A stretch of DNA of 32,000 nucleotides from Pseudoalteromonas translucida KMM 520 (GTDB lineage: Bacteria; Pseudomonadota; Gammaproteobacteria; Enterobacterales; Alteromonadaceae). Shown piece by piece: positions 28,824 through 32,000 of this stretch. Each line of letters begins with the position of its first letter. Position 1 is the first letter of the stretch. The notes beneath the pieces are model-generated. The model saw nothing but the letters and a program-made list of their open reading frames with translations. It was not told the DNA's origin and made no database searches. Where the stretch lies: contig NZ_CP011034.1 of assembly GCF_001465295.1 (NCBI RefSeq), positions 2,970,001 to 3,002,000 of the forward strand, read 5' to 3'. The translations under genes and the position numbers were made by a program.

Positions 28824-28856
28824 TCACTTTAGGGATTGGCTTGTTAATAACACTAT

Positions 28857-29057
28857 TATATACCCAAGCCAACTTAATACCAATTGGCATAAATATTTGA
28901 ACCATTTTACGAATTAAATCACTCTATAACTTCGTTAAAAATTTTATATTTAGGACAACTAAATATAAAAGCTTTTGCCTAGTTCTAGAACGATTTTCTT
29001 ATCGTTAAAGAGTCCGCTGCTTAAACCGATAGGTATGATTGCAGGCTTGGGTATATA
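28857..29057. repeat. 14-bp perfect inverted repeat pair in the rpmA-obg spacer (arms 28857-28870 and 29044-29057)
   Basis: The arm tatatacccaagcc (28857-28870) is the exact reverse complement of ggcttgggtatata (29044-29057). The overlapping caagccaa (28865-28872) also pairs with ttggcttg (28836-28843). The function is unknown. Confidence 0.6.
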
Positions 29058-29075
29058 TTGTAAAATAATGAAAAC

Positions 29076-29103
29076 AAAAAACCCCGCAAAGGCGGGGTTT
29101 TTT
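29076..29103 (-). terminator. Rho-independent terminator after rpmA
   Basis: The stem-loop aaaaaaccccgc-aaag-gcggggtttttt has a GC-rich stem. A/T runs lie on both sides. Confidence 0.85.
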
Positions 29104-29117
29104 AACTATCTTACTGA

Positions 29118-29375
29118 TTACTCAGTTACGATAGTTACGTATTTACGGTTTAAAGGACCTTTTTGTTCAAACTGAACTTTACCATCTGCTTTTGCGAAGA
29201 TAGTATGGTCTTTACCGATACCTACGTTTGTACCAGGGTGGAAACGAGTTCCACGCTGACGAACAATGATGCTACCCGCTAGAACTGATTCGCCACCAAA
29301 ACGCTTAACACCTAGGCGTTTGCTTTCTGAATCGCGACCGTTACGAGTACTACCAGCTGCTTTTTTATGTGCCAT
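29118..29375 (-). CDS. rpmA: 50S ribosomal protein L27
   Basis: The 85-aa ORF begins [29 protein letters not shown]..., a canonical L27 sequence. Confidence 0.97.
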
Positions 29376-29391
29376 TTCTAAGTACCTCTAA

Positions 29392-29703
29392 TTAAGCGCT
29401 AATGCCAGTGATTTTAACTTCTGTGAACCATTGACGATGGCCCATTTGCTTACGAGAATGCTTACGGCGTCTAAATTTAACAACCTTAATCTTCTCACCG
29501 CGACCATGTGAAACAACCTCAGCTGTTATCTTGCCACCGTTTACGAACGGTACACCAATCTCGATTTTCTCACCATCAGCAACTAAAAGTACTGAATCAA
29601 ATTCTACTGCTGCACCAGTTTCAACGTCTAATTTTTCAAGACGAATCGTTTGACCTTCAGTCACACGATGCTGTTTACCACCACTTTGGAAAACCGCGTA
29701 CAT
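29392..29703 (-). CDS. rplU: 50S ribosomal protein L21
   Basis: The true start is the ATG at 29703 ([18 protein letters not shown]...), giving 103 aa, with a GGAG SD upstream. The 12-codon extension in the ORF track is spurious. Confidence 0.97.
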
Positions 29704-29719
29704 AATTAACTCCGTCTGT

Positions 29720-29784
29720 GCGCCCTCAAATCGACGCAACTAAAATATTCTTCGATAGGGCGCGAAGTTTACGCTACGGCGTAA
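29720..29784 (-). promoter_or_regulatory. Structured 5' leader of rplU-rpmA (two hairpins)
   Basis: In the minus-strand RNA, hairpin 1 is ttacgc-cgta-gcgtaa (29784-29769). Hairpin 2 is gcgccct+atcga ... tcgat+(ttg bulge)+agggcgc (29763-29720), with 12 bp in total. It ends 16 nt before the rplU start codon (about 8 nt before the GGAG SD). Confidence 0.4.
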
Positions 29785-29857
29785 TAACTAGCAAGCCTAT
29801 TTTGTAATTAAAATGAATAAAAAGTAGCTGCATTGAGAGCAATTCAATATTTCCCCT

Positions 29858-29885
29858 ATTTTATATTAAATAGCCCTTTTGCCAA
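29858..29885 (-). promoter_or_regulatory. Candidate sigma-70 promoter for rplU-rpmA(-obgE)
   Basis: The minus strand reads TTGGCA (29885-29880), a 16-nt spacer, then TAAAAT (29863-29858). This would give a leader of about 150 nt containing the hairpins above. The call rests on sequence pattern only. Confidence 0.35.
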
Positions 29886-30125
29886 GCGCTTTTTCACGAT
29901 TAGTGAAAATAATTTGCCTTAGCTAAACCCACACTATGACGGATAATAAATAAACATAACTTACAGCACGCTTTGTGCGCTAATTAATCAGTTATCTCTC
30001 GTATTTAAGTACTAATTAGCAATGTTAACCGTGTTTTTTCAGGGAATCGTCACAAAATATCGAGCTAGTGCTTTTTTTGTTGTACAATCTGCGCCGTTCA
30101 CACATAAAAATTGGCTCGGAGATCA

Positions 30126-31097
30126 ATGGATATAAAAGCTATCCAGGCGTTAATCGAAAACGATATGAATGACGTCAATCAACTTATACATGCGCAAATG
30201 CGCTCAGATGTGGCGTTAGTTAACCAACTTGGTTTGTATATTGTAAACAGTGGCGGCAAGCGCGTGCGCCCAATGTTGGCAATACTAGCAGCCAGAGCAC
30301 TGGGTTATCAGGGTAAAGAGCATATTACACTTGCAACTATTGTTGAGTTTATTCATACCGCAACACTACTACATGATGATGTTGTTGATGAATCTAACTT
30401 ACGCCGAGGCACGCCTACAGCAAATGCTGAGTTTGGTAATGCTGCCAGCGTATTAGTAGGCGACTTTATTTACACTCGTTCATTTCAGCTTATGGTTGGC
30501 CTTGGTAAAATGCAGGTAATGCAAGTGCTTGCAGATGCAACTAACATTATTGCTGAAGGTGAAGTATTACAGTTAATGAACTGTAATGACCCCGATACCA
30601 CTGAAGCCAGCTATATGCAGGTTATTTACTCTAAAACCGCTAAGCTATTTGAAGCCGCTACAGGCCTTGCTGCCATTATTACTGAGCAAAACCAAGCCAC
30701 GCTTGATGCGCTTAACCTATACGGCATGCATTTAGGTACTGCGTTTCAGCTCGTTGATGACGTACTTGATTACAACGCAGATGCTGATCAATTAGGTAAA
30801 AATATTGGTGATGATTTAGCCGAAGGTAAACCAACGCTGCCGCTTATTTATGCAATGCAACATGGTAATGAGCAGCAAACACAGCTGATCCGTGACGCTA
30901 TAGAGCACAGTAATGGCATGGATCATCTTGAAGAGATTTTAGCGGCACTTAAACAAACGAATGCACTTGAATTTACGATGCAAAAGGCCGAACTTGAAGC
31001 CGACAAAGCCATTGCTTGCTTAGACTTTTTAGCTGAGTCTGAATATAAACAAGCACTTGTGAGCCTTGCCCGTATTGCAGTTGATCGCGATCACTAA
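30126..31097 (+). CDS. ispB: Octaprenyl-diphosphate synthase
   Basis: From the ATG at 30126 (MDIKAIQALIENDMNDVNQLI) the protein is colinear with E. coli IspB. DDxxD motifs are present (LLHDDVVDES and FQLVDDVLDY). A GGAG SD lies 6 nt upstream. The ORF-track TTG at 30111 is unlikely. Confidence 0.95.
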   Translation: MDIKAIQALIENDMNDVNQLIHAQMRSDVALVNQLGLYIVNSGGKRVRPMLAILAARALGYQGKEHITLATIVEFIHTATLLHDDVVDESNLRRGTPTANAEFGNAASVLVGDFIYTRSFQLMVGLGKMQVMQVLADATNIIAEGEVLQLMNCNDPDTTEASYMQVIYSKTAKLFEAATGLAAIITEQNQATLDALNLYGMHLGTAFQLVDDVLDYNADADQLGKNIGDDLAEGKPTLPLIYAMQHGNEQQTQLIRDAIEHSNGMDHLEEILAALKQTNALEFTMQKAELEADKAIACLDFLAESEYKQALVSLARIAVDRDH

Positions 31098-31154
31098 CTT
31101 TACTGTCTTTATGTGTAGCTAACCTGGATGCAGGTTAATTAAATTCCGAGCAAT

Positions 31155-31182
31155 AAAAAAGCCTGCAAACGCAGGCTTTTTT
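31155..31182. terminator. Bidirectional terminator between the convergent ispB and mdh genes
   Basis: The sequence is aaaaaagcctgc-aaac-gcaggctttttt. Confidence 0.85.
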
Positions 31183-31200
31183 GTCACTTGATTTTGGCTA

Positions 31201-32000
31201 TTACGCCATGAAATCAACACCTTCTTTGATGTCTTTTTTCAGTGTTTCAAGCATGTCATTTTTTGCTTTTGTTTCAAATGCGCTTAGTTCGCCGTAAGAA
31301 AGAATTTCTTCTACGCCGTTTTTACCTAAACGTACTGGGTGTGCAAAGTACTCTGCATCGCCATTTTCAACAGCAACGTATGCGTAATCTACAACGTCTT
31401 CACCCTGTAGGCCTTTAACTAAAGACATACAAAAACGAGCTGCAGCTGCACCCATTGATAAAGTAGCTGAACCGCCACCCGCTTTAGCATTTACAACTTC
31501 AGTACCCGCATTTTGGATACGTGGAGTAAGTGCTGCAACTTCCTCATCAGTAAAGCTCACGCCTTCAACTTGAGAAAGTAGTGGTAAAATAGTAGTACCT
31601 GAGTGGCCACCAATTACAGGAACTTTAACAGTTGCTACGTCTACGCCTTTAAGTTCAGCAACAAATGCTTCTGAACGAATAACGTCAAGCGTAGTAATAC
31701 CAAATACGCGTTTAGCGTCGTAAGTACCTGCTTTTTTAAATACTTCAGCAACAATTGGTACCGTGCCGTTTACTGGGTTAGTAATAATACCTACTAACGC
31801 TTTAGGACAACTTGCAACTATGCCTTCTGCTAACGTTTTGATGATACCAGCATTTACATTAAATAAATCTGCACGATCCATACCTGGCTTACGTGGCATG
31901 CCAGCAGGAATAAGTACGATATCAGCATCTTTAAGCGCTTCATTTAACGCATCAGCGCCAAAGCCAGCTACTTTAACCGCTGTAGGGATATGAGATAGAT
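31201..32000 (-). CDS. mdh: Malate dehydrogenase (N-terminus beyond the window edge)
   Basis: The frame stays open past the ORF-track Met to the window end: ...[51 protein letters not shown]...[14 protein letters not shown].... This is colinear with E. coli Mdh from about residue 45 onward. Confidence 0.95.
   Translation of the reverse strand, partial: LSHIPTAVKVAGFGADALNEALKDADIVLIPAGMPRKPGMDRADLFNVNAGIIKTLAEGIVASCPKALVGIITNPVNGTVPIVAEVFKKAGTYDAKRVFGITTLDVIRSEAFVAELKGVDVATVKVPVIGGHSGTTILPLLSQVEGVSFTDEEVAALTPRIQNAGTEVVNAKAGGGSATLSMGAAAARFCMSLVKGLQGEDVVDYAYVAVENGDAEYFAHPVRLGKNGVEEILSYGELSAFETKAKNDMLETLKKDIKEGVDFMA

Noticed and set aside
28975-29175. A 66-aa plus-strand ORF lies in the rpmA-obg spacer.
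   Set aside because: It starts at a non-ATG codon without an SD. It runs straight through the rpmA terminator hairpin and into the antisense of rpmA. It is not a plausible gene.

Overview
This window reads as a core-genome segment of an AT-rich marine gammaproteobacterium. The gene content, the protein sequences and the subtilase with two C-terminal PPC domains suggest Pseudoalteromonas or another Alteromonadales member; that assignment is inference, not a search result. Coding density is high and the window consists of well-known conserved blocks. (1) djlA<-murU<-amgK lies divergent from lptD-surA-pdxA-rsmA-apaG-apaH. (2) Next come an MCP gene, rfaH, rpmB-rpmG, radC divergent from coaBC, and slmA. 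(3) An accessory-looking stretch follows: secreted S9 peptidase, membrane GGDEF cyclase, yhiN-like flavoprotein, secreted S8 subtilase with two PPC domains, Prx5-type peroxiredoxin, a second MCP and a small secreted DUF3718-like protein. (4) The window ends with folA, obgE-rpmA-rplU divergent from ispB, and the 3' part of mdh. I corrected several ORF-track starts (rfaH, rpmB, rplU, ispB, slmA, folA, the GGDEF gene, the small secreted protein and MCP1). I added two genes missing from the track: rpmG, which is below the size cut-off, and the edge-truncated djlA. Nearly every transcription unit ends in a clear A-run/stem/T-run terminator. I found no tRNA, rRNA, CRISPR array, IS element, integrase, phage gene or recognisable defence or toxin module, and I see no convincing previously undescribed multi-gene system. 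The points most worth a second look are modest. They are a 300-nt non-coding rpmA-obg spacer with a 14-bp long-range inverted repeat and a competing local stem; a structured rplU leader; a sigma-28-like promoter ahead of MCP1; an orphan rfaH; the absence of dut from the coaBC-slmA cluster; and the roughly 18-kb block that separates apaH from folA relative to E. coli gene order.
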